From the NCBI RefSeq assembly GCF_009834535.1, contig NC_045698.1, positions 9,488,001 through 9,552,000 of the forward strand: 64,000 bases of DNA, read 5' to 3'. Numbering within the stretch: position 1 is the stretch's first letter; each line of letters begins with the position of its first letter. This DNA is from Camelus ferus (lineage: Eukaryota). Below the pieces are notes generated by a model that was given only the letters and a program-made list of their open reading frames with translations, was not told the DNA's origin and did not search any database. Both the position numbers and the translations under genes were made by a program. This document shows, in pieces, positions 14,149 to 27,586 of this stretch.

Positions 14149-17100
14149 CCTTCGAATGAACACTATGTATATTAATATTTCATATGACAAATAAACTTGC
14201 TTATTGTTTTAGCCTAAATACAAAGTTAGATTGGCAACAAAGACATTTCTGTAATAATGTTTATAAGCTCCTTCTTTTGGTTTTGCTTTGAAAACATTGA
14301 TTCTAGAAAATTCAGCCTCCCAGAAGTATATTGATGGGAGCTAAGAAAAAAATTTTAAAGCAATTTCAGTAAGCTCAAGATACTCATATTTTAATTTCAT
14401 AGAACATATAAAGCAAGTGATTCTGCATTTTAAAAATTCATTTTTACTCCTACACCAGCAGCCATTTCCAATCATATATTCTGTAAAGTTTTGGTTAAAT
14501 TTAAATTATCTTTTAGTGAAACTAAATGGATTCTGGTTTTTATATACATGTTAGCTATGGTTGACATACTCATCTGGAAACACCACAAAACAGTAATGAA
14601 TTCCTACTGTGTGTAACCACTACAGAGTTTGTGCCACGAGCATCTTGTAAGGAAAGATCTACGACACCTGAACCCATCTGAACCCATCTGTGTTTGTTCA
14701 AGGAATGAGTCCACTGGTCCCATGTTGGATGTCCTCGTGATACAAATTGCTATAAAGTTTCTAATCTCTTCTCTTAAAGCTTCTATTTATCTTTTCCTCA
14801 GTCCACTGCCAGCTCCATGTCCACAGTGAGAAGCACTGATCTAGAGAGAGTCCAACGGTCTGGCTAGAATCCACACTTCACCAAAGTGCAGAATAGATAG
14901 ATTGTCACTTACAGCACCAACAGCCTGTATTTTCTGCAACCACGCCTTCATTTTCCATGAGGAACATCTCTCTTTTCTTCTTACTTCAGCTTCACCTCAT
15001 CTCTATCTTACCCCCATTAAAATCATTTATTTTATTTGCACGACGATCTTAAAATGTAAACATTTAATGAGAAGCCATGCACTTCAGCAGGAGAGTGGGA
15101 GACTAGAAGTAAAGAAATGACTCTTATTTACAGACCAGGAGGCGGCAGCAGACAGGATAGGCGTGATGAAGACCAGCCATTCTCTCCAACTGGGTAAAGC
15201 CATCTTGGCTTTGACAGGTTCTGCCAGGGAAAGTCCCTTTACAGTCACCCTGGAGAAAATTTAGTTTTCTAGGTGCAAGATAAGAAGACTACTTGTTTCA
15301 TTGTGGCTTCTTTTTCTTGGCCTATTGTACCCTGTTCAATCAACATTGTCCTTCTAAATGCTCAAGGTGGGATGTGAGACTACCTATTGCAGAATTTGAG
15401 ACCTTTAATACCATCTGGGTAATTGAATTGGCTGGGGGCTCCACAAAACTGTCTGTGCAAAATGAGTAGGTTCTTCTTTTATTTCTTTTATCTTCCAAGT
15501 AATAGAATGAGACTGCCCACATCACCACAGGGTTATAACATCCTATAGCATGTTTCGCTCTTTTAACTACTAACAGTAGCGCTGAGCTACTTGAGTGGCT
15601 TAACTCAAGGCAGATACATACACAACTCTTCGGTTTGGGTATAATTTTCACTTCATTGTATACTTAGCTCTTTGAAATGAATGTTCAACCACTGCACTGC
15701 CAGGGTACAATGTAGAGAGGTCTGGCAGGGGGAAAAAAATAAGTGTTCATGCATCACATTCAGAAATGAAACCAGATGCCCTGACAAGATTTGGTGTCTC
15801 CATGATGTCACCCTGACACAGAGTTTAACCCTTTGGAAACTTCTCTTGGACTATTGTTTATGTGGAGTGGTCCAGGCTGTTCTGAAGATGGTATATTCAA
15901 TCCTAATTAGCCTCGGTTTCAGAAATTAATCTCATTGGAAAAGAAGGTAGGCCAAGGTTGCACTGTTCCTTAATTATTCATTCAGGATTCCTTACACTCT
16001 ATAGCAGCTCTGTAAGTCCAACCTCTTGTCTTCTTATTTTCTGTGTTGCAGAAGTGTTATCATGGTGTTTAAAAGTCAGTCTCGTTATTTGACAGAATGT
16101 ACATTGCTCAAGCTAGCAAATACTGTGGCTCATGAGGAACTAAAGTGTTTTATTTCTTTTGTTTCAAGGTTAAAAATGCACCGTGAAGTAGATATTTGCA
16201 TTTGTTTTCAATGCAATTCATGCAATTCATGAACACAACCCCGGAATAAATTATTGCATATCTGTGAAGTGCAGATGGGACTTCTGGCTTCAAAAGGTTC
16301 TTAGAATGCTTTTCTGGAAGCAAATAAATTTACTGATTTTACATGTTATTATTTCACACAGGGTGTTGAATGAAAATATTACTTACAAAGTTATTGTAAC
16401 TTTGTGTTTCTATATTTATTGTTATATGAATTTAATCTTCACAAGAACAGTTGATAATTGTATCAAGTAAGTACTAATTTCTGCATATTATTTGTATTAT
16501 TTTGTTTTAATCATAAGTTCATTTCACAAAAGGCTATCAATGTCAGATATTTGAGAGGACAAATGTGCAGCTACTCAATTATAAAAGTAAATGAAGCATT
16601 CAAAGAACAAGTACATCTCATCTATGTATCAGCAAACCTAATTCAATACCCATGTAACCTAACTATTTATCTAGAATTTCCCACCTCTAAAATACTGAGC
16701 AACATAGAAAATAAAGACAACTTCCAAGTCTAAGGAAATAAATGGTAAAATGGAAGAACGGCTCTCATCAGAGTAGATCAGAAAAAGCAAACAGGAAAAT
16801 TCATTGATGTTCAATATTAAATCCCTTCCAAGCTACAAACTTATGATTTAAGACTCCAATTAAAATCATTTACCACTATCCTGCTTTAACTTTTGCCATT
16901 CTACCCCTACTAACCATTTGTCCTAGGGCCTTTTAATTAATGTCAATGGGAGGAAAAAGGGGAATTGTAATACAGAAATTTTTATTCTTCTTCCTTCATA
17001 ATTACAAAGCCGAAAAGGTATTGTGGCCAAGGTGAGCAAGGGAATCCCAGGTACAGGAACATTTACAAAACATGGTGAAGTGAAATAACATGTGAAGAAG

Positions 17101-17196
17101 GGAAATTCCTCAGAAGAGGATGCCAGTAAGCTAACATACTAGACATCAACTCTTCCATTAAATGAAACAAATAGAATTAACAATTATAGCATCTGT

Positions 17197-18590
17197 GTGC
17201 CACTTTTTTACACCATATACAAAAATAAACTCAAAATAGATTAAAGACTTAAATATAAGACTTGAAATCATAAAGCTCCTGGAAGAAAACATAAGCTGTG
17301 CATTTGTTGACATCAGTCTTGGTATTTTTTTGGATCTGTCTCCTCAGGCAAAGGCAACAAAGGCAAAACTAAACAAATGGGACTATGTCAAATTTTTTAA
17401 AACTTTTGCATGGTGAAGGAAACCATCAACAAAATGAAAAGGCAAGCTACTGAGTGGGAGAAGATATTTGCAAATGATATATCCAACAGGGGTTAATATC
17501 CAAAATATATAAAAAAAAAAACTCACACAACTCAATACAAAAAATATCCAATTTAAAATTGGACAGAAGGCTTGAATTGTCATTTTTCCAAAAAGGACAT
17601 ACAGATGGTCAACAGGCACATGAAAAGATGCTCATCATCACTAATCATAAGGGAAATGAAAATCAAAACCACAATAAGATTTCAGTTCACACCTGTCAGA
17701 ATGGCTATTATCAAAAAGGCAGCAAAAAAACAAGTGTTGGGAAGGATGTGGAGAACAGGGAATTCTTGTATATTGTTGGTGGGAGTCTGTTATACCACTA
17801 TGGAAAACAGTATGGAGTTTCCTCAAAAAAATTAAAAATGTAACTGCCTTATGATCCAGCAATTTAATTTCTGGATATTTATGCAAAGAAAACAAAAACA
17901 CTAATTCAAAAAGATACATGCACCCCTATGTTCATTGCAGCATTATTTACAGCAGCCAAGATGAGGAAGCAATTTGAGTGTCCACTGATACATAAATGTA
18001 TAAAGATGTGAGATACATACATGTGTGTACGTATATATATATATACGTACACACATGTACACACATACATAAAAATATATACATATATAAACATAAAATG
18101 GAATATTACTCAGCCATAAAAAGAATGAAATCTTGCCTCTTGTGACAACATGGATGAACCTAGAAGATAGTATTCTAAGGAAAGTAAGTCAGAGAATGAC
18201 AAATAACTTATGATTTCATTTAAATGTGGAATCTAAAAAACAAAACAAATGAACCAACAAAACAAAACAGAAGCAGACTCAGATACAGAGAACAAACTGG
18301 TGGTTGCCAGATAGGAGAGAGCTGGGGGACTGGGCAAAATAAGTGAAGGCGATTAAGAGGTATAAGCTTCCACTCGAAAATAAATAAGCCACACAGATGT
18401 AATGTACAGCATAGGGAATATAGTCAATAATATCACAATAACTTCTCATGGTAACAGATGGCTTCTGGACTTACCATGGTGATGAATGTATAATGTATAT
18501 AAATGTTGAATCACTATGTTTTATACCTGAAACTAGTATAACATTATATGCCAATTTTAGTTCAATAAAAATGAAATATATATAAAAGAA
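17197..18590 (+). mobile_element. 5'-truncated LINE-1 (late ORF2 + full 3' UTR; Laurasiatherian L1MA9-derived type)
   Basis: ORF 17572-17835 is ORF2-like; 3' UTR gatgtaatgtacagcatagggaatatagtcaataat...tacctgaaactagtataac, AATAAA at ~18564 and an A-rich tail. Confidence 0.95.
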
Positions 18591-19039
18591 GAAATTCTAT
18601 CCACTAACTCGTTATTTTACAAACATCTTTTTAAATTTCACCAAATGGTCTCTTAAACCAATTAATAACAGGGTAATTCACTAATTAATTAAGAGTGAAT
18701 AATGCAGGTCAAGTTAAATGTATGCTTTTATTTTGTAAATAACTTGGTGAGAGACAAAAGACATTCAGGCTGGATGATAATTTGAATATTAATTCAAGCA
18801 CAGTCATTACACAGATGAGGATGTTCAGAATATATGATGGTTACACTTCTAATACCAGAGGCAGATCTGGATCACCAATCTGTGGCTCTTCTAGTCCTGC
18901 TTTCTCTGTTTTGCCTTCTCTTTAAATCTCGGTTTGTTTTGAAACAGTGACTAACTCATGGGCTTCCCTTGTGATCACCACCGCTGCTTCTCAATTATGA
19001 TTTGGATGCAAAAGTGAAGGAGAAAAGGAAATAGTCATT

Positions 19040-19240
19040 AAGCACTTACTGCATGCAGATATTGCACTAGGCACCCTTTCACATATGTTTCATCATAAAA
19101 TGATGACACCACCCTGTAAGTTATGTATATTTCAATTTTGTTTATTACTGGAGGAAAATGAGACTCAGTTAAAGTACATTGCCCCAAATTATAAGGGTAG
19201 TAAATATCGCACTTGGGATTCAATTTAAGGTCTGACTGAC
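19040..19240 (-). mobile_element. MIR SINE
   Basis: ttaagcacttactgcatgcag...ggaggaaaatgagactcag...ttgccccaaatt...gggattcaatttaaggtctgactgac. Confidence 0.75.
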
Positions 19241-21582
19241 CACAAAATGAATCAGCTTTCCATTAAAAGAAAAAGGAGCTAGTACACAGATGAGGCTTTG
19301 TGCATTGATTTGGGATCTGAAAACCAATCTCATGGTACTTCTAAAGACGAATGTCCACAGTTATAAGGTGGGGCTAGAGTTCACTGCAAGTTGATTTCAT
19401 CCTGTATCCCCGGTTCATAGGACCAAAAACGTCTTGGAGTGTGTGTCTCAGTTTGGGGAAAAAGTAGAAATTATTTGATCAAAATCTCTAACCCAGCTTA
19501 TATTAAAAATCATGCAAACAGTTACATTTCTTTTCTGTCTTTGTCTAAACCAATTCTATGATAACAACATACCAATAGTAGACCTCTTGTATTTTTGTCA
19601 CTTGCAAACCATCATTACCCTCATCATATTAAATCATTATCATTAAAGTAATTGTCTTCATGTGTTTAATACAGTAAAAAATATAATGGCATTTGGAGCA
19701 ATTGGAAAGTCTTCCGTGGGTGTTTTCTCTCATTGTCTCTAACTCAGGCTAGAGCAGACCAAAGAGGAAATATAATGAGAGCAGCAACTCTAATCAACGA
19801 CAGTTTGATTACCTTGTGGAAATAATTTTTGAGTCTTCAAAGTTATCCAGGGATTTCAAATGCAGGTAGGTAACAAAGTAAACATTTTATCTCCAAGGCA
19901 ATAGCAATGTTCCCCAGGTGGGTGGAATGGCCAAAGCGTGTGGTGTAGACACTTTTATCTTCTAGATTCTTATTTTCTAGTTCTTATTTTCATGGCAGAA
20001 AAAAATAGTAAATTGACTATAAATAATACATTGACAAGTAACTGGCTATAATCATTTCCTAGGATTTCTAGATTAAAAGTGCCAAGATTGTTAGTATTCT
20101 CTTTATATTTTTTAGTAAGATATTTCATCCAACGAATTTGGAGACTGAGAAGGATACAATTAAAGACCAAGAATTGTGCAGAAATGGAAGAAGTGAAAAA
20201 TAAGCAAGTATCCCTAGTGCTTAACAAATGCAAGGAGATCAAGCAAAAAGAAGTACTATTTTATTTATAAAATCACTGACATTTTAAAAATTTATTGTCT
20301 CAGGGAGGTATGGGCTTAAAGTAAAGATGAGCTCTAGTAGTGTTGAAGTAAATGTATGTTTAATAGATAAATATTATTTTGAACGAAAGAAAAAGTGACT
20401 TCCAGAGTTACAGTCTCAAATTTTGATACAAAAAACAAGACCATATTTTATTAAATTGTGACCTTAATATTTCTACCCAAAGTAAAATTTGGGGGTATGT
20501 GGAAAATGAATCTGATCTAGGATAGTATTTTAATACGTCTATTAAATACATCGTTCATTAGAATGATGAAAGATATGCTTAAAGCAAACTCCAAATATAA
20601 TTCAATTAGCTGGCATATGTCTAAAGCATTGTCTCAAATTTGTTATTGTAGTTTTTGTTCTGGCAGAGAGATTTCTGTTCTAATGGCATCAGCAGTAACA
20701 AGATTTGGACGGTAAAGATGATCTTTCAGCTTGCAAGTCTTTATTTTAGCTGTTTTATTTGACTACTGTTACCACATTCAGTTCATAATGTTGGTAGGGA
20801 TACACGACTTATGTCACAAGTGATTCATGAATATTAGGAGCATCTGCTGCAGGAGAATGTCATTAAAACCGCCAGGAGGGTAGCCCGTTTTATGGGAAAT
20901 TCTCTAATTTTTCTAAAGCACCACTACAAGTTGTAAGCACAATATTAATTTTCCTAAGCATGTTGTAGAACTGCTAAATTGAAGTCAAAATGTGTTGGCT
21001 TTGCAGTTTTGAAGGGCATCTAAAATAAAGCGGGAAAGAGACATGATCTTTATATGAGCAACTTTATGAAAACATAGGAAAAATCTATTACTTATCCTTC
21101 AGTGGAATAATAATGCCCCCCAAAACCAAAGCTTACTCACCATTAGGTGTCTGAGTCTGTATATAGGGTTGTGAATCCCATCTCTTTTATCCCAAAGCCA
21201 TGTGCACACACCCATTGCCTATAAACAGTCATAGTTTTATGATTTAGTTACTGTTTATGTTTTTTGTCTTGTTTCTTTAGTGGAGAAATAAGTAGAAATG
21301 GGAGCAGAAACAAATTTTAAAGACTGTGCTTCAAAATTATTGACAGTTAAACCAAAATAGTCATCGGACATTCTAAACTTTCTCTTACTTTCTTCAATTC
21401 AATTTAATCAATTCAAATCAACAAACATGATAATTAACTAGTGAGATACTGTACTAGGTCCTTTAACATAGAAGAATGAACTAACTTTAAGCCATACTCA
21501 GTCAAGAGGAATTATTCTCCAAGGAAAGAAAGAAAATAAACAAAAAATCTCCCTTAGAAAACCACAGTGCCAATTTTTATGC

Positions 21583-23576
21583 TTTTTATTGTGGTAAAAA
21601 CATACCAAAAATTTACCATTTAATCATTTTTAAGTGTACTGCACAGTAGTGCTAACTGTATTGCAACAGATCTCTAGAACTTTTTCATCATGCAGAACTG
21701 AAAATCTATATTGAATAACTCTCTATTCCTTTCTTTCCTTGGGCCCAGAAAACCACAATTCTACTTTGTTTCTAAGTTTGACTCCTTTAGAAATTTTGTG
21801 TAAGTGGAATCATACAATATTTGTCTTGTCTGTCTTTCTTTACTTAGAAATGTCTTCAAATGTTGCAGCATATTACAGAATTTCCTTATTTTTAAGGCTG
21901 AATATTATGCCATTTTATGCATATCCTTATCCATTGATCTGTTGATGGATATTTAGTTTTCTTCTATCTCTTAGCTATTGTGAATAAAGTAGCAATGAAC
22001 ACAGATGTGTAACTATCTCTTCAAGAGCCTGTTTTTATTCTTTCAAATAAGTACCGAGAAGTGGGATTACTAGATCATATCAAAGTTCTAGTTTTGGTTT
22101 TTTGGTGAACTTCCATACTCTTTTCCATAGTGGCTGCACCATTTTGCATTACCCCCAAAAGAATTCAATTCATCTTTTCCAACATTTGTTATTTTCTCAT
22201 TTTTTAGAGTGGCCATTCTAATGGTATGAGGTGATATCTCATTGTGGTTTTAGTTTTCATTTCCCTGATAATTAGTGATGTTGCACAACTTTTTTATTTT
22301 TCATGCTTTTTGGCCATTTTATATCTTCTTTGGAGACAGGTCAATTTAGGTCATTGTCCCTTTTTTTTAATTAATGGGTTTTTTTGTTGTTAAAAATTTG
22401 TAGAAATTTTTTATATATTCTGGATATTAATCTCTTATCAGATACATGGGTTGAAATAGTTTCTTCCATTCCTTAGCTTGTCTTTTCACCCTGTTGAGTA
22501 TTTTCTTTGCTACACAGAAATATTTAAGTTTGATGTAGTCCCATTTGTTTATTTTTGTTTTTATTTTTTGCTATTTTGGTGTCATATTCAAGAAATCATT
22601 GCCAAATCCAATGTCATGAAATTTCACCCTAGGTTTTCTTCTGGGAATTTTATAGTTGTAAGTCTTACATTTACAGCTTTAATCCATTTTGAGTTAATTT
22701 TTGTATAAGACATAGGTATAAGTCTAACTTCATTCTTTTGCATTTGAATGTCAAGCTTCCTTAGCACCATTTGTTAGAGATCATTCTTTCCCCATTGTGT
22801 AGCCATGACACCCTAATTGAAGATTAATTGACCATACATGTCAACTAATGTCCAGAAACGTGACATTTTGATTACTATAGCATTGTCATATTGGTACTAC
22901 ACTCTAATATTGATTATTAGAGGTCTGTAACATTAATCATGATAGTGTTGTAATATTTCATTGCTATATCTTTGAAATCAGGATGTATAAAGAATAAAAA
23001 AATTCCATTGACATTTTGATAGAGATTACACTGAATCTGTAGATCACTTTGGATGGTATGGACATCTTAACAATATTAAGTCTTCCAATCCATGACCAAA
23101 GGATGTCTTTCCATTTACTTGTGTCTTCTTAATTCCTTTCAAGAATGTTTTATAGTTTTCAGTGTAAAATGCCTTTGTCTCCTTGATTGTCTTTATCGAT
23201 GTTTTTGCTGCATCCCGTAAGACTTGATATACAGTATTTTAACTTCATTTGCTTAACATGTTTTCTGATTCCTATATGTGTTCTTCTTTCACCCATTGCT
23301 TATTCAAGAGTGTATTGTTCAATTTCCACATATTTGTGAATTTTTTCCTTTTATTATTAATTTCTAGTTTCATTCCACTGGGATCAGAAAAGACACTTGG
23401 TATGATTTTAATCTTCATGAGTTTGTTGACTGTTTTATGGTCTAACAAATAATCTATTTTGTGCCTTTGAGATAAATATGTATTCTTTTGCTGTAGAGTG
23501 GAGTGTTCTATTAATCTCTTTTAGGTCCAGTTGGTCTAAGGTGTTGTTCAAGTTCTCTGTTTTCTTATTGATCTTC
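21583..23576 (-). mobile_element. LINE-1 (L1MB3-like 3' UTR + ORF2, internally deleted near 23190)
   Basis: ttttattgtggtaaaaacatacc...gcaacagatctctagaactttttcatc 3' end; antisense ORF2 motifs (gaggtgatatctcattgtggtttt, acactgaatctgtagatcactttgg, ttcaatttccacatatttgtgaatttt). Confidence 0.9.
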
Positions 23577-23941
23577 TATTATGATCTGGATGTTTGCCCC
23601 CGACTCTCCAAATTACATATATTGAAACCTAATGCCCAATGTGGTAGTATTTGAAAGTGAGGCGTTTGGGAGGTGACTTGGTCATGAGGGTTGAGCTCTC
23701 ATGAATGGGACTAGTGGTCTTATAAAAGAGACCCCCACAGGGCTCCTGAACCCTTTCCATGCGAGGACACAGTGAGAAATTGGCAGTCTACAATCTGAAA
23801 GGGCCTTCACCAGAACCTGACAATGCTGGTAACTTGATCTTGAATTTCCAGCCTCCAGAACTATGGGAAATAAATTTCTGTTTTGTATAAGCTACCCAGT
23901 CTGTGGGATTTTTTTTATGGCAGCTGAAATGAACTAAGACA
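23577..23941 (+). mobile_element. MaLR LTR (MLT1A-like), 5' LTR
   Basis: tatgatctggatgtttg...ggtcatgagggttgagctctcatgaatggga...ccagcctccagaactatgggaaataaatttctg...gaactaagaca. Confidence 0.9.
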
Positions 23942-24600
23942 GAAATTTGGTACTAAGAAATAACAATGCTGCTGTAACACAAAAAAAATGTGGAAGTGGC
24001 TTTGGACTTGGTTGTGGGTAGAAACTAGAAACGTTTTGAGGTGAATGTTAGAAAAAAGCCTACATTGCCATGAACAGACCATTAAAAGCAATTCTAGTGA
24101 GGGTTCAGAAGGAGAGGCAGAGAGTTGTCGAGAAATCCTCTACATAAGTAGAGTCTCTCAGCAGTCATAAACAGAAAATTTGCGGACGTATAGATGGTAA
24201 AGCTCACTCTGATGAGGTCTCAGATGGAAATGAGAAACATATCATTGGAAACTGAAGAAAAGTTAGTTACTGTTGTAAAATGGCAAAGAGCTTGGCTGAA
24301 TTGTGTTTGTTTAGTAGTGTTGTATAAAAGGTAAAATTTGTGAGCAATGGATATTTGGATGTTTGGCTTATGAAATTTCTAAGCAAAGTCTAGAAAAAGC
24401 TGCCTAGTTTCTCTTGAATGCTTATATTAAAATGTGTGAAGAAAAAAAATTAAAGACAGAATTATTAATCAAAAGGGAAGCAGAGCTTAAAATTTTGGCA
24501 AATTTTCAGCCTATTCATGTTGCAAAAACTGAGAAAAGAGAAGAGAATACTAAGCGTGTGGGCCAAGAGATCCTTTAAGAAAGAGACTAGTGTGGGTGTG
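23942..24600 (+). mobile_element. MaLR internal sequence (MLT1A-int), truncated
   Basis: Directly follows the LTR: gaaatttggtact...aaaatgtggaagtggctttggacttgg...gatgaggtctcagatggaaatgagaaac...atggcaaagagcttggctgaattgtg. Confidence 0.85.
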
Positions 24601-25283
24601 AAAGGCAAAAATGATACGATCACATCAGTAGATGCAAAAGATTTGGATGGAATGCCTCCTTTTATAATAAAAACTCTCAGCAAATTGAGTATTAAGGAAG
24701 ATACCACAACATAATAAAGACCATAATATGACAAGCCCACTGCTAACTCAAAGGTGGAAGGTTGAAAGCTTCTTCTCTAAACTCAAGATCAAGAAAAGCA
24801 TGCCCTCTTTCACTACTCCTCTTCGGTATAGCCCTGGAAGTCCTATGCTAGCAACTAAGCAAGGAAAAGAAATAAGACGCATCCAAATTGGAAAGGGAGA
24901 AGTAACATAATTTCTGCTTGCAGATTATATGATCTCATATATATATAAAACTCTAGAGACTAAACCAAAAACTGTTAGAACTAATAAATAAATTCAGCCA
25001 AATTACAAGGTAAAACAAAATAGAGAAATCAGTTCCATTTCTATACACTAACAATGAAATGCCTGAAAAGAAAATAGAGAAAATTTCATTTTCAATAGCC
25101 ATCAATAAAGTACTAAAAAATAGATTTAACCAAGGAAGTGAAAGGTCTGGTCACTGAAAACTACAAGACGCTGATGAAAGAAACTGAAAAAGAAACAAAT
25201 AAATAAAAAGATACCTATGTTCATAAATTAGAAGCATTAATATTGTGAAAATGGCCACACTACTCAAAGCCATTCATATAATC
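24600..25283 (+). mobile_element. LINE-1 ORF2 (RT region) fragment
   Basis: gatcacatcagtagatgcaaaag...catccaaattggaaagggagaagtaac...gcagattatatgatc (FADDMI-like region)...tttaaccaaggaagtgaaag. Confidence 0.9.
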
Positions 25284-25349
25284 AGATGAAGATCTAGGTC
25301 ATTTGTTTACATCGCTGGGTGGTGTTTTCTAAACGTCTAGCTGACCCCT

Positions 25350-25930
25350 TTTAATGGGTATTGGATGACATCCTGGAGGTGTAGATAAACATGGACTTGA
25401 AATTCCAAGAAAGAGATACGGACCTGGAAATCATCGACATATAAGCAGCTCTTAAAAGCCATGGGCATGGAAAAGATCACTTGGAATAATGTGCAAAGTG
25501 AGAAGGTTTATCACATTGCCAAGAAACACCAAGAGTTATGTGAAGAAACAGAAAAAATAGCCTTGGGAAGGAGCTGTTAGCAAGAAAGAAGGAACGTGAA
25601 CAGATAGGCATATTAAGAAAGTCAACAATAATGTGTCAGTAGAAAAGTGAAGTAAGTGAAAAACTGATGGAACTGCTGAACTGGGATATACCTAGACAGA
25701 GGGGTGATTGGGTTACGTAACAGCCTAATTCTGGTAGGCAGAGGAATGAACAAAATGAAAAGTGAAAACAAGAAGAGATATCTTTTTTTTTTCCTCCAAG
25801 TAGCTTGGCTATAAAAGGGAGAAATTTAAAGTAAAGAAATTTAAAGTTACTTTAAATTTGTGAAGTGGAATATCATTTTTTTTTAAATACAAAAGCCTGG
25901 AGCACTCTTACTTGCCAAGGGAAAGGTCCA
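25350..25930 (-). mobile_element. LINE-2 fragment, highly degraded
   Basis: ggaaatcatcgacatataagcagctcttaaaagccatgggcatggaaaagatcacttgg resembles antisense L2. Confidence 0.5.
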
Positions 25931-26169
25931 TTAGAGACTAGATGCCATTGTTAGAAGGTAAAGCTGTAGGCATTAGTTGTTTGTAGGCAAAAAGCATAAT
26001 ACAGAAACAAGCCTTAAAGTCTAAAAATCTCAAGTATTATTATTTATTGTCTCTTTCCATGGATTATATTCTTGCAGATTCATTCAAATTTCTTTCAATT
26101 TAGATTCTGAAGTCATTTAAATTTCCAGTGATCCAATTCTGTGATCCTCTTCTGCCTTTAAAAAAAAAT

Positions 26170-27038
26170 TTTAAATGAGTTTTATTGAATTCTGATTTAT
26201 ATAAAATAAAATTCACTAATTTTACTGTACAATTTGTTGAGTTTTCAAAGTGCATATAATTGTATGATTTAGAAAATTTTTCATTCCCTTAAACAACTTC
26301 CTCAGGCACTCTGCAATCAATTTTCTCTATCCACTCCCTGCCCCGGGTGATCACTGACTTGCTTTCTATCTGTGTAATTTTCCTTTTAGAGAATTTCATA
26401 CAAATTGCGGTATACAGAATATAGGCTCTTGAATGTGACTTCTTTCCCTTTACATTAGGTTGCATGTCCCAGCAGTCTCTCTATTTCATTGTCCCATAGT
26501 ATATCATCAAATGAACGTGCTGCTACTTGTTTACCCACTCGTCAGCTGGAGAACTTTTGGCTTGTTTCCAGTTTCTGGCTACTTCTAATAAAGCTTTCAT
26601 TGCCGTTCATATACAAGTGTTTGTGTGGACATATGCTGCCATTTATCCCAGATGACTCTCTAGAAGTAGAATTGCTACATCATAGGTTAATTGTCTAAGT
26701 TTATAAGAAAGTATAAAACTGTCTTTCAAAGTAGTTGTATCATTTTGTGTTCCCATCCATAATTTATTAGAAGTCTAGTTGTTCCACATTCTCACTAACA
26801 CTTTTTTTCCTCAGTGGTAATTTTAGCCATTCTAGCAGCTGTGTGGTTCTATATCCTTATGCTTTGTATTTGCATTTGACTCATGACTAACGATGTTGAA
26901 CATCTTTTCATGTGTTTATTTTCCATCTGTACCTCTTCTCTGGTAAAATGTCTGCTTAAGTCTTTTGTCTATTTCTTTATCTGGGTGTATTGGCACAATA
27001 TTAGTAACTAGAGACTTTATTCAGATTTCATCAGCACT

Positions 27039-27082
<44 letters not shown>

Positions 27083-27420
27083 CAGACACACTGTGTATGT
27101 ATGTGTGTGTATAGCTCTATGTAATTTTATCACATGCATTGATTTGTGTAACCACCACAACAATCAAGATAGAGAACTGTTTTATCACCACAAATGAACC
27201 CCTTCATGCTACCCTTCCATGATAACACCTACACAGTCCTGGCAATAAGCAATGATTTTCAAAGAGTAAAAGGTATTAATTTGTCAATTATTTTATAGTT
27301 CATGTTTCTTACATTCAGGAAACCTTCTCCTAACCCATGGTTACTACAATTTTCTCCTGGGTTTTCTTCTAAAAGTTTTTTTCTTATTACACTTATGCTT
27401 GACCCATGTCAAGTTAGATT
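26170..27420 (-). mobile_element. Old LINE-1 (L1MB/ME-type) with a nested L1MC-type 3' UTR piece and (TG)n(TA)n tract at ~26990-27240
   Basis: Antisense ORF2/3' UTR motifs (ttttagccattctagcagctgtg, atgactaacgatgttgaacatcttttcatgtg); nested gactttattcagatttcatcag...gtaaccaccacaacaatcaagatagagaactg. Confidence 0.8.
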
Positions 27421-27586
27421 TTTCTCTCTAGAGGTCATGCATGTATTTTAAAAGTTTGTCTTTATGTATTTTATAATCTTTATGCTACTCAAGTTGTACT
27501 TTTTAAAACTGCCTTCTCACAAAAGCACAGGAAGCTTCCTGCAGCAGTTGGTTGCTCCATTCATTCCAAAACAGTTTCTTGTCATC

